Below, piece after piece: positions 53,401-64,000 of a stretch of 64,000 nt of DNA. Below the pieces are notes generated by a model. That model did not search any database and was not told where the DNA came from. It saw only the letters and a program-made list of their open reading frames with translations. Made by a program: the position numbers and the translations under genes. The DNA lies in NCBI GenBank assembly GCA_051362555.1, contig CM120644.1:8192954-8256953 (forward strand), read 5' to 3'. Within the stretch, counting starts at the first letter, position 1. Every line of letters starts with the position of its first letter. This stretch comes from Lingula anatina. Lineage: Eukaryota > Animalia > Brachiopoda.

Positions 53401-56400
53401 GTCAATATTACCCCCTTCCTCAGGGTTGGCAGTAGTGTCATCCTGAAGAAATAAGTACATCAACGCTATGCATTATTTTATCTCATACACTGTATAATAA
53501 ATTCTGAGGGCATTCAATTTTGTGCTATATCATCTAGCTGCAAAGTTCAAAACACTAGACTCTGTTAGATATTCAATTATTGTTTAATAATAATATGATA
53601 ATTATATGATAAATTTCCACTTATTTTTTTCACCTGACTAGCGTTCCTAAGGCAAACAGTTATCAACATGGCTTTAAATGTAGTTTGTCTAGTAGATAAA
53701 GGATGTACAGAATTTGACAGAGCAGCATGGCCCAGTAGCAGCAGGATATGTTTCACGTAATATTCATTTTACATTACTTTAAGTTATTGCGCTGATATAT
53801 TAAATTATACGCACCTGTTCTACGGGTTTTTGAAACACCTGCACGTGTCCGGAGACGCTGGTCAGTATACCTCCACTAACACGCTGGACTTCATCAGTCT
53901 CGATGTCCACTTCGTCGGTGTCCAAGTCAGTATTATTGTCGACGTAGATGTCCTTGGAGGAAACGTGCTTCTTGACTTCTATTTCTCCAAACTGCAGCTC
54001 TGTTAAACTAAGGTCGAAGGATTGACATTAATTATGCAATGGTTACATTATGAATAGATAATGAAATTGATGACATCAACAACACTGCACATTTAGTTTA
54101 AGTAAAAGAAAGAAAAAAATGAAAATATAATGATATAAAAAGACATAGTGGGATGACACATATCATATTATACATGTATGTTAAGTACAGATACAAACGA
54201 TGAAAACCGCATGCCAAAAACAAATAAATATACAGATATATAAATAGAGAAGAACAAATAATTTTCAAAAATGTTGAGACGGATCATGCGTTCTGCTTTT
54301 TTTCTTGGGTAATTTTTTCAGCTCTCTGCTTCCTCGCTTTATTTTTTCATTTCCATTTCTATTTTTTGCCTGCATCATGCAATTTGCACATAAATGGCAC
54401 ATAAAACCAGTTAACTTACCTATAGCGTGAATTGTGTGTCCCCATGACGTCTGTCTCTTTGACATTTTCTTTGTCACGAACCAAATTTGTTTGAAGTGCT
54501 GATAAAATGGAGCGCTTGAAATTCATGACATCTGTATTTCCTAAAATAAATGTGACAAGCAATGTATAAGTAACAATTGAAAAAAAGCTGCACATATGGA
54601 ATAGATACCTACATCGTTTGATTCAAATAATCTTACATCCTCTTCTAACTTCTGTCAGGTTTAGGATTTTTAAGGGCTGGAGAGGCATCCAAATCTCCCA
54701 AGGCATGCTGTATATTTAACTTAGAGTGGTTTTATCGATGTTGAAATACTTGGCGCATGGAAAGTTCTTAACCCAACCACACCTTACCTAAATCTTTCTT
54801 GGTAAACCTAGCCTCGGCAATAGTTCCGTTCCCTAGTTGAACAAACCAGGTAGGCTGGTCATACAGATCGTCAGCAGACAGGGGAGCCTCGGACTCGGAG
54901 GTCGTGCTATTGGGATGGACACGAAAAGAAATAAAATGATGTGAGGACCAAAAATGATAAAAAAACATCTATACCGACGAAATAAATGAAGTTCTCCTTC
55001 ATCAATATGTAGCTATTTCACCATTCTATTATGCTATTGATATCAAGATTTGTCCAGACTTAAAATGGTTAAGAAAAAACATTTTTGAGAGTATGTATTC
55101 CAAAAAAAAAAAAAAAAAATTCGTTCTGTAGATAAGTTTATTCATGTTCGTAGGTACTTTTTGCAAAAGTGCTTAGAATATTTAGCAATATTAAGTAAGT
55201 TTTAAGTTAGGTAACAGGGCCTCACCCATTTCCCTTAATCACTTGCACAAACACATTGCGCATAAACATGAGGAAGGACGATGCGTTGTTATCAAGGTAG
55301 TTTCCAAAGCCATCTGGAAAACAAGCAGTGCATCAACATTACGTACGTGCCTAAAACATTGCACAATACTTTTCTTGAGTAATTGTATTCAAATATCTTG
55401 CACGTAAATGAGATAAATTAATTTTAACGTATAACTGTAGTCCTTCATACAATTAAATCTATAAGCAGATTTCCAAAAAAGAACATTTAAAAGGAAACAT
55501 ATATTAAATAATACAGAATATTTTTAAACAATTACAGTCTGAAAAGTGTCAGCGTTAGTATTCGTATTTTTATCAAATAATGTAACAATGCCCGGAGGAG
55601 TAGAGAAACAACTAAATAGCCCATGTTACGACACGTACATATATTGATTATAAGTACATGTGCATAATAAAAAAATTATAATCTTGATAAATGGTACCAA
55701 ATACCTCCAATATACTCCACATCTACATCAGCTGAGATGTGAAATGTTTCCTCTGCCGGACCAAACAGCTTGGCCTCGCTTTCATAGTGGTAATGGAGAG
55801 TTGTTCCCTGAAACCGCATCGAAACGAAATTATAAACTTCCCATCATTTCCTCTCTCTCTCTCCCTCTCTTTCTCTCTCTCTCTCTTTTCAACAGCGATC
55901 AGTATTTGAAGACGATACATGTAGTTGAAACCAATGATGATGGGATGTGGGGGGAGAGGCATGAAAAAAATATACTTGCTTTACTTTCATACCATCCCAG
56001 AGGCATTACAAATCCATTGACGGCAGGGGCAGCGTGATTGTAAATTGTTTGCCCAGATTCGGCCCAGGTATTGGTAGAAAAACAAACACGATTTTACGGA
56101 TAATATTACATATAATCAAAACAGGTATGACTGAAAAAAATCCAGTATATACTTTCGATGAAGAACATTTAAACAATGACGGAAATGCACCAGGGAAACG
56201 TACACGTAAGGTAGCCTGCGCAATAGCGACATAGAAGCAAAAAAACGAACATATAACCGCATCTCCTTCATTAACACGCTTCTTGGGAAGATAATATTAT
56301 TGAGATAACTGTGTTGAAGACAGCAGGCGCAAAGTTACTGCATAGTAGTGAAGACGCGTACGGGCTGTACCCTAGGAACGCATCATGGATTTTAATCAGT

Positions 56401-57000
56401 GGGTTTTCTTATTATTTTTCATTGTTGTAATAAAGATTTAAAAGACGATTGAGGTGTGGGGATGTGGGTAGCTTGAATAGGAAAAATACATTATTCGCTT
56501 CACTGGGGTACACCACATCCCGGGATGGCTGGGGATTTGAATAGAGGACATCAGCTGCGTTAGAAATATGTCCCCGGAATGGAATAAAGAGAATAAACTA
56601 TCATACTCCCTGATACCATTGTTAATATTGAAAAATGAATATATATAGATATGATACATATAGATATGGGAGTATAATTTCGAGGAATATCTACATCTGT
56701 ATCATACAATGTACATTGCGTGTTATCAAAAAGTTTACAAGCTACGTTCAAAACCTAAAATTGTGTTGGCCAAGCTCGCTCAAAAGTAACAAATACCAGT
56801 AATTGTTTTAATGTAAAATGAAATGAAAAAAAGATTAGTTCACGGGATAAAGTGTTATTCATTAAATTAAGTGCTCTTACATGTAAATCAGCCTTAGGCA
56901 GTGTGGACGAATCTTTCGACACGTAGTCCTTCTCGTCCTTGCATAAGGTAGGCCGCACCAAAGCAACAACGAGGCACAGGTAAATAACATAAAACTTCAT
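49616..57000 (-). CDS. Paralogue D: secreted vitellogenin-N/LLT-domain protein, 955 aa, 13 coding exons
   Basis: Exons: 57000-56881, 55807-55705, 55313-55226, 54906-54788, 54540-54420, 54007-53815, 53442-53256, 52935-52825, 52617-52496, 52114-52028, 51756-50428, 50078-49899, 49723-49616 = 2868 nt. Signal peptide MKFYVIYLCLVVALVRPTLC; RTKR site; ends ...ARAGRC*. Confidence 0.88.
50367..50422. repeat. (TA)n(GA)n microsatellite next to the exon 12 donor of D
   Basis: Read directly; B has (CT)n at 18179-18206 in the same intron. Confidence 0.85.
56204..56262 (-). pseudogene. Duplicated, frameshifted copy of the signal-peptide exon within intron 2 of paralogue D
   Basis: ATGCGGTTATATGTTC...GCGCAGGCTACCTTA aligns with C exon 2 (ATGAGGTTATATGTTC...GCGCGGCCTACCTTA); 59 nt from ATG to a GTACGT donor. 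Confidence 0.6.
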
Positions 57001-57665
57001 TTCTTGACACACGAATCTTGCTAAGTTGGCGAGGTGGTAGAAATAACTGCAATAAAATATTAGTTACATCAGGCTACATTTCTCTACTTCTATGATTGTA
57101 TGGGATAAATTTGAAGACAACATAAGACACAAACATTGATATTTTGCACGTTTACCTTAAAATGTTGTGAAACGTGTTTTATAACTTTCGTTTAATTATA
57201 CATTAAAGACATTAGAGAGTACAGGCTAACACGAAAATATACTTTAACTTGACGTTTGAAGTAGTTTAAAGAACATTAATTTATCTTTTTCGAATATAGC
57301 ACCAATGCGAGTAGTGAAACGGCTTTTTTTATTTCGTTATATATCATGTTTGACAGGAAAAAAATAAACTGCAGAAAATGTGAAATGCCGAACTTACAAC
57401 CAAATATTTTGTTTTCAAAAAACTGGAACTTAGGCTATTTTGGTGCCAAAATTCGACATTTCTTTTTTTAAAAATATAACAAAAAAAAAAAAAAAAAACT
57501 CGGTTTAAATAACGTCTCCTATTATACGATGTCGTGAAATGTATTTATAAAAGACATTTAAAAATCCAGAATGGCGTCCAACAACTGCAACAACAAGAAC
57601 AATAATTATAATAATAATAATAATCATAAAAAATGTAAGCCATCAGTATGGCGTAATCCACTTAC

Positions 57666-57740
57666 CAACTCCAGACTTTGTTTTCCTTTTTCCAGGGCGT
57701 CAGTAATTACTGCTCCTCTGCTACCTCCACTCTTTTTATA
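57666..57740 (-). promoter_or_regulatory. TATA box and non-coding exon 1 of paralogue D
   Basis: TATAAAAA at 57740-57733; donor TTG|GTAAGT at 57666/57665; flanks alignable with the C promoter. Confidence 0.65.
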
Positions 57741-58168
57741 CAGATCACAAAGAAATGTTTTCACATTAGAAAACCAAATTTTATTTTAATTAGATAATGT
57801 ATTTCCTCGTTTACCTTGTAGTGAAATTCATTGGAATTCGTGTCATTAATATCTCCTTTGAAAATGGTTTCCCTAGACAATTTAACCCGCAAAATATATT
57901 GACAACACTGCATGTGCGAACGACATCACACTGCGAACCACGAATAAAATGGAGCCAGAATGTGGTGAAACGACAAAGACAGACAACCCAAACTTTACAC
58001 TTGGTGATTAATGGTCTTGTTATACCTCACAATAAACTATTTCTTGATAAGCGTACAGGGAAGAAAATGACAGAGGTTCCTCATGTGTGGTCTAGCCACA
58101 TCATCAATGTAGGTTTTATTCAATACGTACGAAACGGTTGAGTTGTTTGCGGGACCCGTCCCTGTTAC

Positions 58169-58281
58169 TGAAGGCTTAGTTATTTAATAATATGAACAAT
58201 GAAGGCTTAGTTATTTAATAATATGAACAATGAAGGCTTAGTTATTTAATAATATGAACAATGAAGGCTTAGTTATTTAAT
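58169..58281. repeat. 31-bp minisatellite, about 3.6 copies
   Basis: TGAAGGCTTAGTTATTTAATAATATGAACAA at 58169, 58200, 58231, partial at 58262. Confidence 0.9.
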
Positions 58282-58702
58282 GATACGAAAATACTTTTTC
58301 TTCTTCTTCTGTTTTGTTTTTGCCTTCATATGTTACATTTTTTATTATGTATGTGTAATCGGTCCCATTTTTATGGTACGCCGTTTATGTTCATTCAATT
58401 CATTTAAGTAAATGACTGTTATTCTTTGAAAATGTTTTCCTCGTATTAGCTATTCAGCATCTTCCTTCTTCCTCATTAAAAAATCAGAATAATGTATATA
58501 TGTAAAGTAATGGGACCACATAGTGGCACGATGGGTAATTAGCTAGGTTCTTGTCCAAATCCGATAGGTTGCTTCGTGATCATAAACGCCATTATTTAAA
58601 AATTCAAACTGTTGAAGAGAGAAAGAAAGCGGGTGCGTGTTCTTTTAAGTTCAGTTATCTTCAAACTGTCATCTGTAATTGAACTATCAACATTATAAAG
58701 AC

Positions 58703-58710
58703 TGACGTCA
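58703..58710. promoter_or_regulatory. Perfect CRE palindrome TGACGTCA about 1 kb upstream of paralogue D
   Basis: Same context as 47963-47970. Confidence 0.4.
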
Positions 58711-60841
58711 CATAACATTTCTGGTGCTGTGACGGAAGTCCACAAGTGTGTATGCAGCTTCTAATGATATTTTATTGCATGAAATGAGGAATGAAATAAA
58801 CCAAGCTACCCCGTTACGTGTACTCGATTGGTTAATTGTAGAATTATTGGCGCCAAAGTTCCTGAAATTTGCATAGAAGTTAATAAACCACACAAATGCA
58901 CCTTAATTATGGGCACTCGTCATTTACACACTTTTATTATTTTCCCCAACCGGAAAGAAAAAAAATGTTACGCGCTAACAGGTACAAATAAGATGTGCTC
59001 GGAGCTTACAACCGTAATTGTATTACTAATTATAATTATTAAAATACATAATTGCATTGTATTGTACACATAAGGGAATTATGTTAAATAACCATGCAAT
59101 TTAGACAAAACCTACTGGCTTGAAACGTAGATGAAGCATGGGGGATAAATATCCCAAGCAAGGCGTACCGTTACGCTTACAGATACAGTGATTAACATTG
59201 CTCAAGATTTAACAAAGAAACTTATGTCACTTATGCTGGTGATGGAGAGGCTTATCCAAACGACATTTAATGCAAATACAGGGAAAAGGTGAGTAGGTCA
59301 GGCTGAGCAGTCAGTCTATGTCACTTCGTGGGATAAAAATAACAGATAATTTTCTTTTAATTCTTTTTTAGTGAAAATAACGTTGTCACAATTTACCGTG
59401 ACCAAATAAAGGGGGGGGGGGTAAATTCCGTTATGTCTCTTTACTCACGTTTTACATACTTTAAATTACTCCAGCTTGCACGGGTTTTTTTATCAGAACA
59501 ATGTTTATGATTGTAAATGTAAGCAACGGGTGTACAACGGGTGTTCTGAAGCGTACGCCTGTTTCAAAAATGTGACTGTAGACATGTACAGTCCCTCTTA
59601 CCACCAAATTAACTTAAATCCGTTTGATATTTTCCCGGTAAAATCAAAGTTGTCACCGTCATTCGACGTTTTTCAACTTGCATGAGATGTAATTTCAATG
59701 AGGATTGGCCCAATCATTCTTTCTCATGACTTGCACTTGCATATTTCCGTTATATTTGACTAGGCGATATGCTGTATATTTAAATAAGAGAAGTCGACAT
59801 GTAATTTTTTGAGAAGCCAAATAAGTGAAACTGTGCCATTATGCATAAATGACTAAATCGATTTTTATGCTTTATGTTGTAAAGTTTTATAATTCGGGGA
59901 CGAATTCTTTTGAAGAAGGGGAGTGTGTTGTAAAGCAGAAGATAGTTACAAAACAATCAAAACAGAATCAAATGTGTAGGAAGTTATTGAGTGCAAATTA
60001 AATTTCTTTAAGTGTCAACAAGTGTAGAGATTGTTCTCGAAGCAAGAAAGGATGGAACATTTCAAAGTCACATATAGTTGTATTTGATTGATAATTTTTC
60101 AATAGATTTGCACATTACTAACACGTGTGAAACTCATGCAAACTCGAGATGGACAAGGTCCAAGCTTGAGTATTTCGGAAAATATTTTAAATTAAAAACA
60201 AGTCTTTCTGAAATTACCTATTAAGGAAATATTGAATAGCGTTTTGTAACATGAGAATGGAAAATAGATTATAAAATACTGGTGATATTGTGCGAAAAAG
60301 AGAGTCGGTGAATAAACGTTCGAAAGCTCCAGACTTTTGTCGTCATTCCTCACTATAACATTTATTATCCATGGCCAATTAAATTTAGGTCCCGACTACA
60401 GGTATAAGGCTCGTCTGAGTGTCACATTGCAATTATACACATAGGATTGAGATACCATAATTGCTGTTATATTGTTGACGTTATTAGTAAAATAAATTAT
60501 GTGAAACACGATAGTCTAATTAAATCTCACGGCATTTAGCAGTCTACCTCTTGAACAAAACACAAATGTGTTGTTTGATTCGTCCAGTACTAAAATAATT
60601 AATTGACCTTGACCTTGACATTGAGTTTTATGATGGCAAACTGGAATTTGTATAAATAACACCTTCTCAATGGTGTATGTATGTGAAGCTACACATAAGG
60701 CTATTTGTCTATTTATAATAAAAAGAACCTTAAATTGCTATACACAATATCTACAAGCTTCGAAATTATATACATGTACATCTGGAAACCATCACAACGC
60801 AAGCTATTTTGATAAGATTACGCAGTGCCACTGTAGTAGTT

Positions 60842-63589
60842 TTAGAATATTTCATGCACTTGAACAAAATCTCCTTGCATACTAATACGTCCTGTTTTGG
60901 AAGACTTTGTCACTTTGTCTCCCTTTCTATGAATCGTGTCGTGACCTTTGACCTTGTTCTGTGACCTTTTTGCAGCAGTCAAAGTCACAACGCTCATTAT
61001 CGCGAATTCTATAAATTCAACAACAGTGAGCAAGCTGAACCCCATAAAGAGACCGAACTGCCCTCCGATATCACCTGGAATAGTAATATCCTATGAATTA
61101 AACTATATATAAATACACATTTACGGAATATGAAGTTACCATCTTAATGTGACCTGCATGTACCGGTACTCATCACATGCCGGTGTATTGTGAATGGGAG
61201 TTTACCATGATAGAGAGTCCGCTTTCCATTCATTTGAACATGCAGACCTGGATTTTGACCCACTTGGGTCAGGATAACCCTTAACCATCAAGGCCAGAAA
61301 TGCGCAGCATTCACGCGATACGCGAGGGCGCTACAGTAGGGCTTCACGTGACTCAACTGGTCAATCACAGCACAACAGTGGCATCGCACACAGACTCTGT
61401 CATAAGTGCTAATCCCATTGTCAAGTCAGGCCCGTAGCCAGCAAATTCAAAAGGGGGGTTCTTTTTCTGAAAAATTGGACCTTTTACAATGAAGCCTATG
61501 TGTACCTAGATAAAAATTTACCCAAAATGGACCTTTCCCTAACAAAAAGGGCGCTTCTTTCGAACGTCCTGAATTTAAATAAATAGCAATCTGAAAGAGG
61601 AATTTTGCATTTTTACTAAATGATGATAGGAATTTTGGATTAAGAGATTAGCTAAATAGTGATATTGTCAGTCAATTTATGTAGAATCTGATAATATGAT
61701 TGAAAATACTGAATGAATTCTTGGCCTTGCACCGGGCAGTTTTACATTTGTGCCAAGTGCCTTTTTTGGACTGCATTGTACAGTGGTAAAAGTTCTTCAA
61801 GTGCCATGAAGATTTTTTGATCAGACTCTGTATGGTGCTGCCATCTGCTGGTGCTATCGACAACGAATTAGTTTGCCTTTGTTTCTGAGTGAATCTACCG
61901 TCTAAAATCACTATTTCTAAACAATTTGCGTTTTGCTGAGGCTAGGCTAGGCTAGGCAAGGCACGGCAAACTTCTTAGTACGTGTGTACAACAGAATTTT
62001 TTTAAAAACCCTAGCGATATTTGGTCTGGAGTTGCTTGAAGCATAGCACAGCGTTGCTGTCATCAGGCCGTTAGTTTGTCAATTATCACGAATTACCCAC
62101 GAATCACGAACCCATTCATTTTCCTATGGCAATCAAGCAACTCATTAAAAATGCACTCATGCGCAGTGGGCTAGGCGTGACGTCACGCAGTGCATTTCTG
62201 GGGGATGTTAAAATCAAATGGAGGGCGGTCTTCCTGTTACCCGGACCCTCAATTTTGGAACACTTGGATTTACACTTGAGAACTGTCTCCTGTCCACGTA
62301 AAATATACTTAACCTTATAAATAGCGTAAATTTTCTTTCATACGGTGTATTTGTTAAACACTTACTAATAAGTGCGGTCCACTCCACTGCTGGAAGTTGT
62401 TCGCTTTGTTGATAATTCAAACTTTGGAAATACACGTCTAAGATGATATGATTCTTCCTGGAAAAAAAAAGTTCTTATAACCTCTATATAGCGTGTCAGT
62501 GTAAGTTGCCAATGGGAATATCAATTTGGTACTACCGGTAGCATTTGGTAATTTTGCAGATACACGCTACAGGTAACGGGTTTAAAATCTTATTACTGTA
62601 TGAGTGACGTTACTAGGTGACGCCTAGGATGTATCACCATGCCACCATCTATCATTTGTATAATAAAGTAAATATTTTCAAATATTTTGGACATCAGCCT
62701 AAACTGAACATACCTTGCATCATCTACCGCCACCCCGAGCGTGTTTGAGGCCTCCACTTTTGTGCTCTCGCTGGGAACGAGGGAATACGAGAGCGCAGTC
62801 TGGTATACCACGCTGCTACACGGCACAGAACAACTGCACATACCAGTGAAGTCTTGTGTCAGGTTGACTGGATAGTTTTAACAGGAGGTACAAATAAAGA
62901 CACAGCATTAAATAGCGTTAGGCCTATAGGACAAAAGCACAGCATCATAAGAACTGTATATGGTTAACGTTTGATCCCCTGGGAATATCAAAACCAGTGT
63001 ACATGGATAGGCCTATCACTTTCAATACATTGCCCAAAGTCGCGCTTATTAGATAACGCATAAGAGTTTTAAGTTTCATAGATTTATTCTATACTGGTGT
63101 TTGCCTGTGATGAAGAGAAGTAAAAGTCTAAAACACAAAACAGGCTTGTAAATCTTTTTTTTTTCAGCAGTGTTAGTTAATTCATAGTGTGGTGATGATG
63201 GGAAATCGCTTAGATGGCTTGGATTACTATTAGGCTATGTATTTAAATAAAAGGTCTAACGCAACATTGCAAAGGCCTAGCTGTCATATATATATCTCAC
63301 AACTGTTGACTATAAACATGTAAATGCAAAATTTGGTTGACAAACGATGTAAGGTTTGATGGCACAAAACACAGATGTTTTTTTTTTTTTTTTATAATTA
63401 GTGATGCGTATTATAAAACGTCATAATTAGTGATGCGTATTTGTTTATTTCGAGAAGTATTTGTTAACCATTCCTCTTTACAGTGAAAACGTTAAGCAGC
63501 TTATTCAAACAAAAAAAAGGTCTGTACGTTACCCAATAGAGGCTTGACGCATGTCAGTATACGTATCAACCCGCAAACAGGTTCATAAC
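60842..63589 (-). CDS. DEG/ENaC family (ASIC-like) amiloride-sensitive cation channel, last four coding exons; 5' part lies beyond the window
   Basis: Exons 63589-63533, 62867-62714, 62457-62366 and 61074-60842 splice in frame. They give a Cys-rich thumb (VCGL..TCVKP, CSCSVPC..VYQTALSYS), then LDVYFQSLNYQQSEQLPA, then TM2 ALISDIGGQFGLFMGFSLLTVVEFIEF, the family signature. Confidence 0.92.
61285..62207. mobile_element. Possible TTAA-flanked non-autonomous DNA transposon in the last ASIC-like intron, with a nested MITE end at about 61428-61570
   Basis: TTAA at 61281-61284 and 62208-62211; imperfect TIR sharing CCAGAAATGC.C.GC; nested CAGGCCCGTAGCCAG...GGGGGG...TGGACCTTT fragment. Confidence 0.45.
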
Positions 63590-64000
63590 CTGCAAATTTC
63601 AAGTTCAGTTATAATACTGAATCTTGCTGGTGACATTTCATTTATCTATTTATAATGTACAGTTCAGTTTAAAGCATATAACAAATACTACTGAACGACT
63701 TTCAGTACATTAAAACAGTGATTCCATTTATATCAGGCCTGAACACTACATTATGAACAAAAATTGCTATATCGTCCGAAAGATTTTTCATGTTTTCAGC
63801 ATGTCGGATTCCAATAAATGCCCTTTGCTTTAGAAATATTGGTAACAAAAAGATTAAGTGGCAAATATATTGTTTAGTTTTGTTTATTTTTAAACTAAAC
63901 ATAACAGTAACACATTTATACTGCTTTGTAATAAATCGGACAGAATAAGATACCATTCCCACAGATATTTAGATTTATCCCCCTGGGGAGTCTCACTAAA

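Noticed and set aside
58169-58281. 31-bp repeats as a CRISPR array
   Set aside because: No spacers, no cas genes, eukaryotic context.

Overview
AT-rich, intron-containing animal genomic DNA, probably a marine invertebrate; the taxon cannot be fixed from the sequence. The window is dominated by a head-to-tail array of four paralogous minus-strand genes (A 967-9084, B 17426-25938, C 38792-46416, D 49616-57000). I reconstructed them by hand: each has 13 coding exons with identical intron phases, plus a TATA-preceded non-coding first exon. Each encodes a 950-955 aa secreted protein: signal peptide, vitellogenin/MTP-type (LLT) N-terminal beta domain, alpha-helical domain, an R-X-K-R furin site at about aa 660, then a basic beta-rich domain of about 290 aa ending in a Trp/Arg-rich tail. 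The paralogues are mosaics (probable gene conversion). Copy C has lost two C-terminal cysteines together, and copy D carries a duplicated signal-peptide exon. The last four coding exons of a DEG/ENaC (ASIC-like) channel gene lie at 60.8-63.6 kb. Introns and spacers hold a piggyBac-type MITE, a decayed Tc1 element, a decayed CR1/L2-group LINE with a 2A-like motif, an RTE LINE 3' end, and complex tandem/inverted repeats. Family assignments come from motif recognition, not database searches.
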